Assembly: GCA_047967505.1 (NCBI GenBank)
Contig: CM106538.1
DNA: 64,000 nt
Strand: one strand, 5' to 3'
DNA from: Dipteris shenzhenensis
Lineage: Eukaryota
Position 1 is the stretch's first letter; each line of letters begins with the position of its first letter. A program made the position numbers and the translations under genes. Below the pieces are notes generated by a model. The model did no database searches and was not told the origin of the DNA. It saw only the letters and a program-made list of their open reading frames with translations. Of the stretch, positions 24,840 through 35,978 are shown piece after piece.

Positions 24840-25196
24840 TCGTAGAAGTAGTGCTAGCTACTCTTTTTTGTACTTAAAGCCACTGGCTTGGCTTCGTGCC
24901 TCTTGTATATAGACTCCTCTTATTTTTTGTACTTGAAGCCACATGACGTGGCTTAGCTTCCTTATTTTTGTACTTGAAGCCACATGATGTGGCTTAGCTT
25001 CGTGCTATATGTATGTACAAGCACTTTTTGAGCTTTCAATTTTATTGCGTTTTGGAGTTGTAATATTTTATTTGGAATTGTAATTAAAATGCGGTTGGCT
25101 ATAAGAATTGAATTACAGAATGTGGATATGGGATTCTTGTAACTATATAGCATACACAACATACACAGTATTCTGTAAATTTTTTTTTTTTAAAAA

Positions 25197-25438
25197 GCGC
25201 GTCTATCAGTGCGTTTCAAAACGCGTTTATATTCGCGTCTATCTGTTCGACTTGCATCTATATGTGCGTCTATAAAAGCGTTTATAAGCGCGTCTATTTA
25301 TGCGTCTAACTGCGTGTCTATACACACGTAAATCTGATATATAGACGCGCAATTAGATGCGGGTCTCCAGACGCGCAAATAGACGCGCAAATAAGTTTTT
25401 TATTTAGTTCATGAAACGCGTCTGTGCGCGCATCTATG
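25197..25438. repeat. Right subterminal TAGACGCG array
   Basis: Same motif in both orientations inside the right TIR. Confidence 0.85.
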
Positions 25439-25460
25439 GGTGCTTTGTCTTGTTTTGTAT

Positions 25461-28062
25461 GGTAAACGATAAAAGATGGAGTATCTAAACAAAAGCCGGT
25501 GTTAGTGGGGCAATCTTTATTTCCATTCAATATACCACTTAATGGTTACAAACCCTTACTAGCTCATGCCAAGTGGTGGAGGAGTCGTGGATCCATCCCA
25601 AATTCTCATCCAATCTTTTGCAGCAGTGAGTGATTATGGGGGGACTTCATTCCAAGGGGCGACATATCTAGGATGATCAGGTGGGAGAAATCGATGGCGA
25701 TTCTCATAGATGACCTTATTCAATGTGTTTGCCCGTGAGGCAACTAGTGAAGGACCACAAAAAGGACATGCATGGTAACCGAATGTAGTGAGACCTGAAC
25801 AATAGACGCAATTAAGAGTTCAAGGTGGGTTTAGGATGCCACATCGATTGCTTACTCATAATTAAAAGTGCAATGCTTACCTGAACACTCGCCATATCCT
25901 GGGAAGTCATGCATCATCCACATCAAAACTGCTTTGCAATTAAAGTCTCATGACGAGGGAGGCCTACTCACATCATGCACCTCGATACCTCTCCAAAGTA
26001 TCTCTAGCTCGTCAACCAAAGGCTCCAAATAAACATCACGATTTTTGACTTTATGTTTCCCTGGAATTAGAAGGGATAACATAACATGTCCTTTTTTAAT
26101 TGCCATAGAGGGTGGAAGATTATAATTCACCAATATCACTAGCCATACACTATAAGAGGTGCTTTTGAGACCAAATGGGTTCACACCGTCCATACCCAAT
26201 CCAAGTCTCAAGCTCCTAGGTTATTCCTTGAAGCTTAGCCATGTGTCTTCAATATGCTTCCATGCAGGAGTGTCTGTGGGAGTTCTCCACTTGCCATCGG
26301 TTGATTGATGGGAGGAATGCCATGACATGAGCTCTCCAATGGATTTGCACTTGAACATATGTTGGATGTGAGGGATTATGGGAAAATGTCGTAGAACCTT
26401 AGGAGGCACATCCAAAGTTTTGAGATCTGCTCTATATCTTGCCTCTCCACAAGTAGGACACTCTCTTGCATCCTCAGTGTGGTCCACAAAATAGAACGCA
26501 ATCATTGACACATGCATGGATGCACTTGTAATCTAATCCTCCAAGAGAGGTCACATGTTGCCTTGCCATATCTCTTGAGGTCGGTAACTTATTCTCCCTT
26601 GGAAGCATTTTACACAATAGCCTACACGTGACGACCATAAATGAGAAAAAGCATTCGAGTAATTGACCCACTAACATAATTCACCATGTTTGCAAAATAG
26701 ACTTTAAAGCTTACTTGAGTAATGCATTCAAACTTGCATTGCTCCATCCATAGATGGTCTGCAAGTTTACTTAAATCAAGGGAGGCATGTAGAATGGAGA
26801 ATGTGCACTCCTCAAATAGTGGAGTCGATGCTACAGTAAAAAGATCGTCCTGCTCCATGCTATCATCCCTACCTGAGGATTGATGGACATATAAATCTTG
26901 CACCATATCATCAAACACCTCCTCCTCGATAGCCTCATGAGGTAATGGCGGAGGGCTACCATCACCATCACTCCATGCATCCCTAACGGTCCCTCCTAAA
27001 GATCCCACCTCATATCGCCGATGCTTTGCCTCCTCACGACGACAAGCATAGGGCAACATATGTGGGTGCGGCACTGCATCCTATATCAAATTAAAATGGG
27101 ATCATAACTCAAACACATGAACACCCATATGCATTCTCAATCAACCTTAACTCTTTAAAACTTACCATGTTTACGGTTGCATCCCATTCTCCATACTTTG
27201 AGATGTGATTGAGTGTAATTCTGTGTGCACGATACATGTTTCCTCGACATCCATCACACATACATTTGATTTTTTTCTCCAACCACATTTCGCGACGGTG
27301 GATATGGAGGGATTCATCCTCACTGAAGCTACTTGTTGAAGATGAAGACATCCTACATATAAACAACCCAAAAAATTTGTCCTTGGATGAGTTGTAAATG
27401 TCAAAACTCTATGGAGCATCTAAAAGCGCGTCTGTATTGTGGAGTGCATCTATAGGCGCATCTAAAATGTACTTTAGATGCATTGATAAATGCACATTTA
27501 GACATGCTTTTAGACATGCAAATAGACGTGTAGATACACACACTTTTAGACACACAGACTGCGAGCTGATTTTCAAACCTACTTTTAGTGTGCTTGCTTT
27601 TCTTCTCATACTTTTAACGTCATGCGGCTTGCTTTCCTATTAACAGACATAGCTCCGGTATCCACACTTATCTCCAAGCACCCACACTCATCTCCAAGCT
27701 TACACAATCATCCCCAAGCACACAAGAGAAGAGGGTGAACAAGGAGAAGAAGAAAGAGAAGTAGAGGGTGAACAAGGAAGAGAAGAAAGAGAAGCAACTT
27801 TGAAGAAGGACAAGAAGCTTCCATACCTCTATCCAGGTAAGTCTCTTGACAGTTGATCTTCTTTGGAAGTTGCTTTCTTTGGATTCATCCTTTGTTGTAT
27901 GCAAGTTGAACGGATGTTTTTTATACTAGTGTGGTCGGATGCATGTCCTTTTCAAGTTCTTAGAAAAAGGCATCTGTCGGAGCGCGTCTATAGATGCATC
28001 TAACAGTGCATCTATAGACGCATCCATTTGGGAAAATAGACAGTCGCGCCTATAGACATGCT
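25461..28062 (-). mobile_element. Older degenerate CACTA-family copy, right piece (transposase exons 1-4 and central region)
   Basis: Colinear with 20532-23100. Frameshifts and stops split ORFs 25948-27366. Motif arrays decayed to TAGATGCA/TAGACATG. Confidence 0.92.
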
Positions 28063-28157
28063 CCAATAGTCTTTGTTGTGTTTTCCTTCTCTTTCCCCTT
28101 TCTTTTCCTTCTCTTTTCTGTCCCCTTCCCCTTCCCCTTCCACTTCCACTTCCAAGG

Positions 28158-28545
28158 AAAGGATTGCATATTGAATGAATGATGGAAATAAGTGATTCCA
28201 TGAATGAAGAAAGGGATTGCATGAATGATGGAAAGGGATTGCATGATTGAAGAAAGGGATTGCATGAATGATGGAAAGGGAAAGCATGATTGAAGAAAGG
28301 GATTGCATTCGTGAGAAAATAAGGGATTGCGTTCTCTTTTTCTCTCCTTTCTCCTCTCTTTTCTTCTCTTTTCTCCTCTCTTTTTCTCTTATCTCCTTTC
28401 TTTTTCTCCTCTCTTTTCTCCTCTCTTTCCTTCTCTTTTCATCTCTTTTCTCATCTCTTTCCTTCTCTCTTTCCCTCCTCTCTTTTCTCCTCTTTCCTCT
28501 CTTTTTCTCTCTTTTTTTCTCCTCTCTTTTCCTCTATTTTCCTCT
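28158..28545. repeat. ~21-22 bp AAGGGATTGCATGA repeat followed by a CT-rich low-complexity tract
   Basis: Repeated GGGATTGC units at 28158-28331, then polypyrimidine 28332-28545. Confidence 0.8.
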
Positions 28546-28791
28546 CAGTACTAGGTGTGCTTCTACTACATACACACACACATGTGACTCCCCTAGATGC
28601 ACACATGCACCTTAGAGCAAGCCCTCGATCACATTTATCCCAACATTTTCCTCGTAAAACACTTCTCTTATCATGGCATACTGGAGTGGATTTAATGATT
28701 CATTTTTGTCTTCCTCACCTTACACCAACACACTGTCATCGTCTTGTAACCAAGGTAGTACACAACCTATTGATCCTACTTCTAATAATCT

Positions 28792-30850
28792 CTATCTTTG
28801 GACCATGCCTTTGGTTTCATAAGCGATGATCCTACTACCTATAGGAAGGGGGATGAACTTATGAAGTAATGAGCTTGTTGGCCTTATACAATCCCAATTG
28901 TATGGAAGATGGTCTCTTTGTAGGATGCTCATGCTAGTGGTTTCATCCACAAGTAGAGACTCGTTGTTACATTCTATACGGATACAACGTCTATAATAGT
29001 TGGCATTGAAGAATAACATAAAATTTCCTTCATAGTGAATGGAGAAATAAGAGTTGATCTTTGCTTTCCAATGCCCTATGTATTGTGTACCAAGATCATC
29101 TTCATCAACCTTAACAACTACATGATCCCCATTTCTATAAATCTCACCCATGTATAAAACCCTTCTATATATCGTCACTCGTATCAACTTTAAGCTTTCA
29201 TCATAAATTCCTAAGAAATTTTCAACATATTGTAATTCCTCTGTAGTTAAAGCTCTGTGCTTTCTTTTCTTTGGTGTTATCGCAATCCCTTTTTCTCTTA
29301 AAGCTCTTTCTCATGGAAAAGTACCTTGAGCATATTTGATGCACCTATTCCATAAGTCTTGCACTTTCACTATAGAAGACACTTCTAAAGGCCAAGCTCA
29401 TGCCAATCACAGCATTCACATGACTCAAAATCATCCATATTGTATCCACATGGAGATCTAAGTGTTCTTTGTATATCTATGAGCATTCTTTCATAAGGCA
29501 TGTGGTCATCTTTATCATTTTACAAAGAACAAAAAGTGTCACTAAAAGATTTGTCACCTGTGATATTTGTAATCTCATTATTTAGATTGTTAGAAAAAAT
29601 ACACATAAAAGGAAACTCCCCGCTCAATATAGCACCAAAATATATCATGTAGCCCATGCCTTATGACATCATCTAGCATTTGTGTAAACCTAGCAACATG
29701 CTCCAAGGGAAATGAATTTGGCCCAAATATCTCCTCCTTGCAAACTCTCCACGAAAGTAGCAAAGTTGTCACAACTTCCATGTTCTCCTTTGACCATCCA
29801 TTGTCACGACTAAAGTTATAAAAGCTATGTGTGATGTCAATCAAGAGAATATCCAAATCCTACATGTGCTTTGATATATCTTTGACAACGTAGAAAATGT
29901 ATGGCAAACACCATTGTGTGAACTTTTGATTTTCTTGAGCTTTAAAAAGGTCATGATATTTGCTAGGAGTATGTGGCCATCGACCATTACGAATCGAGGA
30001 AGGAGTAGATTTGAAAACTACTTGCCAGCAAGAGTTGATTCTCTTTTTCATATTATTCGTGGCTTCTTTCATTAGAGTAGATATGTATTTACTAAATAAG
30101 TTTAGTGATAATATATGCATTGTATCATACACCAAATCAAGTGATAAATTGAAGCCATATAGGTCATACAACCTCCAAAGTATTGACTCTCCTGATAAAG
30201 CTACTACTTTTAATATGGATTCTCTGTCTGTTTGTGTGCAAACTCTCTTCACTTCTGACAAAGCTTGAACCATTTCTAATATTGTTCTTTTGGGAGGTGG
30301 ATATCTTCCTTGATATTGATTTTTATTATTACGCCACATTTGAAGAAATTCATGACAAAAGGTTTGACTCTTAACTAGCAATTGAAGTTGCTTACTTATA
30401 GGTATATGACCAAATGAGAGCATATCCTTTCTTGGGATGTGACACTTTGAACACTTTTCACAACAATCTTTGCAATCACGTTTCGCTATCATTTTTATGT
30501 TGTTATTCCTACATGAACAACATATTAAGTTTTTAATATAGTTATCCTCATCTGAAGGTAGAAGCAACTCTAGATCATGTACGTTTTCAAGTGATCTCAT
30601 ACATAACCTATGTCGTTGAACCTCAATCATTCTAAGACTACTCAATAAAGAATTAAATTGCTCCCAACTTGAAGGAGCCTCAATGCCATTAAGATCACCA
30701 TTCCACGTTGGATGCAACTCTACCAAAAGTTTACTAAGGCTTAGCTTCTTACTTTCAACACCTTTTTTCTTTACACTAGGCTTTCCTAAACCTCCAAATA
30801 GATGTCGAAACATCTTGTCTTGTAGCTCTAGTGAGACCTTGTGATCCCCA
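28792..30850 (-). mobile_element. Degenerate transposase of a second, divergent CMC/En-Spm-like lineage (copy A, internally deleted)
   Basis: Cys cluster then HIPISKQLQLL; LWRLYDLYGFNLSLDLVYDTMHILSLN (the D.MH motif); RHGLHDIFWCYIER (FW..ER motif); C-terminal beta-rich domain at 28792-29187. Confidence 0.7.
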
Positions 30851-31247
30851 TAATGCCTACAATTCCATTATACTCCCGAAGATTTGATCCTCTAACGTTA
30901 GTCCTTGTAACCCTTCTTCATCTTCATATTCACTTTGTAGCTCCCTTAAAAGTTAAGCATGGGCTTCTAAATTATCCATAGCATTCTCTGGACCACTATC
31001 ATCACCTTCTAAAACAATGAGACTGGATTAAGCATATTCTCAATCCTAAATCTATTGTCTCATATGCAATGATACCACCTCCATGTTGTAGAGGAATAAA
31101 ATTATGCAATAAAGAACCAATTAGCCTTATATAATCCCATGTGTATGGAAAATATGCATTTTGTAGAACACTCATGCCAATGGTGCCATCAACATCTAAT
31201 CTTTCATGTCCTATTTCAACTGCAATTTATTGCCTATAGTAGTGTGC

Positions 31248-32300
31248 TCAAAAGAATAGTTGCATGTCCCTGTTATGTTGAAAGGAAAAAAATAATGCTA
31301 TACATGATTTCCAATGTTCCACACTAGACACTAATGTTGCATCTTCATCACATTTTATGATAACCTTATCTTCAATCTTATATACCTCACCCTTTAACAA
31401 AATTTTCTTGTACTCTGTTACTCTCTCAATCCCGAAGTGCAAATATTGCTCTACATACCTTCTTTCCCCACTTGTTGCATATCTGAATTTTGGCTTCTTT
31501 CTTGTTATTACAATACACTTTTGGTCAATGACTCTTTGGCAAGGATAGTATTTTGCATGCAGGGTATCTAAACTCCATAAGTATTTGGCTTTTTCAATCA
31601 CTGATATGTGTATTAATCCTAATAAATGCCATTGAGGACAATCATAACATCCATGTTTGTCCACTAAACATCCATCTAGGACTAAAAGAACTCCATGAAA
31701 CTCTTTCAACATTCTTTGATGAGGAAACAACCTATCAGCATCTTCTTGGATATGCAAAAAGACCCACGTGAACAATCTTCTTCGATGATAGTTTTTATAT
31801 GAAATCTCATTGTCCTTATCATTTGTTTTGATGCTAGCATATGTTGAGACCATACGCTCATATAAGTAGGACCAAAACCCATCATGGCTGCCATGTCGCA
31901 AAATGTCATCAAGAAATTCTTTAAAACTTATGTTCCTTAATCACGAAGTAAACACCTAGACTATGAGTAAGAATGTTTAATAAGAAAAGAGCAATATAAT
32001 CTAGTAAAAATTTCAAGGATTTAAAAATCATCATACCTGCAACATGCTCTAATGGAGTTGAGTTTGTTCCAATCAACTCTTCTGACCTTACTCTCCAAGA
32101 AGCAAGCAATACTCTCAGAGTGCCTATGTCTTCTTGAGACTAGCCATTATCTCGAGTATAGTTATAGAAGGCATAAGCAATATCTATGATCAAGAGACCC
32201 AAATCATTAAATTTCTTGGGAATACCTTGAACTTCACACAAGACATAAGGCAGACACCATTGTGCAATCATCAATGGCATAGAAGCATAGAAGCATAATG
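31248..32300 (-). mobile_element. Degenerate transposase of the same divergent lineage (copy B, C-terminal part)
   Basis: QWCLPYVL, LASWRV..E..G.NS.PLEHVA, RHGSHDGFWSYLYERMV and RVTEYKKILLKGEVYK align with copy A. Confidence 0.7.
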
Positions 32301-32532
32301 ATATAGAAGCATAGAATTCATGCATTTCCATACACTATACCCAACAATTTTCATGAAAGAAATATTTTAGAGCTAATCTATCATAAAAGATGCATAGAAG
32401 CATAACATAGGCATAGAGAAATATAGAATGTGTTGATGTTGTGGAGCATATTTATAGATTGTATGGGACTATCATGACATTCAAAAATAATTTGGTGCCT
32501 AATGTTTATGGAGCATATTTATAGATTGTATG

Positions 32533-33410
32533 GGCTACCAGTAGGTATTGTTAGTGATCAGGATAGCAAATTTAAAAGCCATTTTTAGAGGGCTATGTTT
32601 ATGAGGTTAGAAACTTCATTGAATATAAGCACTGTGGATGAGAGTGATGGTCAACCTAAAAGAGTCAATCAGATCATTGAAGATATGCTTCAAGCATATG
32701 TAAGTAAATGACAAAACAATATTTTCCCATATTAGAATTTTCATATAACAGTGCGAAATATTCATTTACAGATTTTAGTCCATTCATGATGATGTATGGA
32801 TTTCAACCAAGAGCCCCAATGATAGTGGGACTCAAAAAAGAGAAAGTTCAAGTGGCCAAAGACTTTCTTGAAGATATGAATCAAATGCTTAAGTTAGCTA
32901 AAGATAGCATAAGAAGAGCTTAGGATAGAGCACGAAGTTATACAAACCCCCACCGTAGAAGGTTGGAGTTTGAAGGAAATGAGAAAGTCTGTCTCAAGGT
33001 ACCTGAATCTTTAGAATCTCTAAAGACAAGTAAATGTCCAAAGTTTTCTCCTAGGTATTGTGGACCATTCACAATACTTAAGAGAATTGGAGAACTTGCT
33101 TACAAATTAGCCTTACGTGAGGGCTATAGAGTACATCTAGTCTTTCATGTTAGTAGGCTAAAAATAAAATTAGGAGATGATGATAATCTCATTGGAAATG
33201 AAGTCCTAGTTGAACTCCTTAAGCCTGCATCTTTACCACACGAACCAAAAAGAATTTTAGATAGGCAAGAAAAAGGAACATGACATACAATATGGCAAGA
33301 ATGTTTGGTTATGTTTAAAGATAGACCTGAACTGAGTTCAACATGGGAAAGGGTAAGCAATGTCTACAGGAGGTTTCCCAATTTTGTTTTTGAGGACGTA
33401 AACTAGAGGG
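32533..33410 (+). mobile_element. Ty3/gypsy chromovirus integrase + chromodomain remnant
   Basis: IVSDQDSKF, EFSYNS...[16 protein letters not shown] (GPY/F motif), [15 protein letters not shown]...STWE; multiple stops. Confidence 0.9.
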
Positions 33411-33788
33411 CTTGACAACACTTGCAATAGAATGGAGTGCAATGTGAAAGCCCAAAGGGGGCATAGAATTACTAAGGTCCATTATGGGGACACATGGCAC
33501 TCAAGTAGGTTACAAGTGGCAAGTGATGGGCTTGGAGGGAGGATTCTAGAGGGAGCATGAGGAAAGTTGAGTTTAGATAAACTCATGAAGGAGGAATTGG
33601 TGGCAGGGTAGTTTATCGAGTAGAGCCCTCCTTTTTGTTGTCAGGGTGTGACAACTGTGCTAACAAGGTGGTGGCATTGACTTGGAGCGACCACTATGCT
33701 AGTTCTTGGAGATATTTTAGTGTTGGTTATAGTTAATCCTAAACCAAGGAAGATGTACATCCTTTCTCTTGAGGAGTCTCCTTTCAAG

Positions 33789-33909
33789 TCAATATGGCCC
33801 TCAAGGGGTCATCTTTAAGGGCAAGCGCCATATTGACATGCCATATTTATCCAATGGCATGTTGATATGCCCCTTGCCCCTAAAGGGAACCCTTAAAGGG
33901 CCATATTGA
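33789..33909. repeat. ~120-bp imperfect inverted repeat (hairpin/MITE-like)
   Basis: TCAATATGGCCCT...GACATGCCAT / ATGGCATGTT...AGGGCCATATTGA, loop ~9 nt. Confidence 0.8.
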
Positions 33910-34068
33910 AAATTGCATTTTTTGACACTTAATTGTATTTTTCTAGATGCATTTTCTTGCAACCACCAAGTTGGTTCTTGGAGCTATTTTAGCTCTAAAC
34001 CAAGGAAAATATAGTCCAAAGATAAATTTACCCTCGATGCACTCCAAGAATTCAATCTCTCACCATCG

Positions 34069-34470
34069 ATGAGTAGCATGAAGGACCTGAGGGTTGAAGA
34101 AGAAATCGATAACGAAGATCTACATCCTGCAAATTACTTTGGTCAACAACGCAACCACAACAACAACAATGGCAGAAGACACTTTGGCAAATTGGAAATG
34201 CCAAAGTACAATGGACGAGGGGATCCCGTTAGGTTCCTTCAACGCTTCGATGCAACATGTTGTGCTGGAGGGGATTAGTCAAATGAAACCAAAGCCGCCT
34301 GGTTTTCGAAGGCCGTAGCAGATGAGGCCTCAGAATGGTACCTTGACCTTCTCATAGAAGAAAGATCCACATGGGCACTGCTATCTTAGCAGTTCAGACG
34401 AAGGTTCCAAACAGAAAGGTTACAAGATGAGCCCGCATTACAACTAGGCAATATAGCAATGCACAAGAAA
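34069..34470 (+). mobile_element. Retrotransposon gag remnant
   Basis: KLEMPKYNGRGDPVRFLQRFD...EASEWY...TWALL..QFRRRF, with stops. Confidence 0.7.
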
Positions 34471-34880
34471 GAAATAGGATGTGGGGGATTAAGGGTAAAT
34501 TTTGGGTGTCTAGTATATTAATGTGATTATGTATGGTAACATTATCTTTTTGCACCACTTGGAAGCATTTTTTCACTCCTTTGCCTTGAGGGATGTGTCT
34601 TGAATGGTTTTTCGAAGGGGGTTCTTTCTCACACATGCAAACACGTGCTCTGCTTTCGCTTCAGGCGCTAACCCTCCCGGCAACGGTGCCAAAATGTTGT
34701 CACTTTTTCTCCCAAGTGCAGGTTCCGAGGGTGTTGGTCACCCACAGTCATGTCATTGCTCGTTGTAGCATAGGTCCTTGGGTCGTATTCCGGTGAGAAG
34801 TGTAGGCTAAAGTAGGGAAAGCAGATATCATGCATGCCTAGGTGAGAAAGAGGGCTTGGTCATAACGATTGATGGAGACT

Positions 34881-35405
34881 CTCACCTCCACAGGAGTTTA
34901 AGGGTTTAGAAGGGGATTTCAGGGTTCAAAAGGGGACAAAGTTCTTGAGAGAGCTATTTAGGAGTTCCAGGGTTCAAAGAGGACTACAAGGCTTCGAAGA
35001 AGTCCAGGGTTGAGAAGTGGAGAGCTAGTCTCCTTTACGAATTCGAGGGGTAAGGCTTGAGGAGGAGGGACAAGGGAGGAGGGAGGAGGAGGAGGAGGAG
35101 GAGGGAGGGAGGAGGGGAGGAAGGGAGGGAGGAGGAAGAGGGAGGAGGAGGAGACAGGAGGAAGGAGGGAGGAGGGAGGAGGAGGAGGGAGGGAGGAGGA
35201 GGAGGGAGGAGGAAGGAGAAGGAGAGAGGAGGAGGAAGGGATGAGGAGGAGGAAGGAGGAGGAGGAGGGAGTACAAGGTTAGAGAGTGCAAGGGTAAGGG
35301 CATGCTAGAACACAATAGTGTAAGACAGCACAGATGCAATGGAGATCAATCACATGATACTGAACTAGAACACTGAACCCCAAAGAGTGGGAGCTTCATT
35401 CCATT
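34881..35405. repeat. Dispersed repeat module, copy 3 (long GGA tract 35059-35270)
   Basis: TCACCTCCA..GGAGTT.AAGGGTTTAGAA start shared with 6121; tail shared with ~11308-11335. Confidence 0.7.
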
Positions 35406-35500
35406 GAGAGATATTATATGTTGGTCTCTACCCAATTCGTAGGTACCTTCGTGGTGGGACCTCTTTTGAAGGAGACCTTTTGAAAAGTCCCTCCACTTTT

Positions 35501-35632
35501 GGGGGGGACCTTTTGGATCTCTACACAAAGTGGGGGGACCTTTGAGTCTCTACACAAAGTGGGGGGACCTTTTGGGTCTCTACACAAGTTGGGGGGACCT
35601 TTGGGGTCTCTATACAAAGTGGAGGGACCTCC
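35501..35632. repeat. ~30-bp tandem repeat GGGGGGACCTTTTGGGTCTCTACACAAAGT, ~4.5 copies
   Basis: Directly visible. Confidence 0.9.
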
Positions 35633-35978
35633 AAAAGTGTAGGCTTTTAGTATTTCTCTCTCTAGATTTAGTATTTCTCTCTCTAGATCTACTATTTCTC
35701 TCTCTTAATCTTGATTTTGCAAGTATGATTGGATCTTTTCTAGAGATGATTTTGGCTATCCTCATCCTTTAAGATTCATCATACCATCTTTCAGGATCAA
35801 GATATTACAAGCAGAGTTTTGCCACTACTCTACACACACAATGCTCTCATCATTGTTGGCCTAGACTGCACTTCTCACCCTTGTTGCCATAGGGTTAACA
35901 GCAAGTGTTGCTGCTTAATGGTACTAATAAGTACACTGAGGTATAGGTCTATCATGAGGATAGCACCCACATGTGATG

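Larger units (their letters stand above)
17989..25457. mobile_element. Complete CACTA/En-Spm (CMC) DNA transposon, 7469 bp, imperfect 29-bp TIRs, 3-bp TSD TAT
   Basis: Left TIR CACAACAACACAAAGCAACTATAGACGCG (from 17989). Right TIR reverse complement CAAAACAAGACAAAGCACCCATAGATGCG (ends 25457). TAT at 17986-17988 and 25458-25460. Subterminal TAGACGCG arrays and an En/Spm transposase. Confidence 0.95.

Noticed and set aside
35025-35339. Pro/Ser/Leu- or Arg/Glu/Gly-rich ORFs (also 6296, 7252-7621, 7669, 13247-13770, 28268)
   Set aside because: Artefacts of microsatellite and low-complexity tracts.
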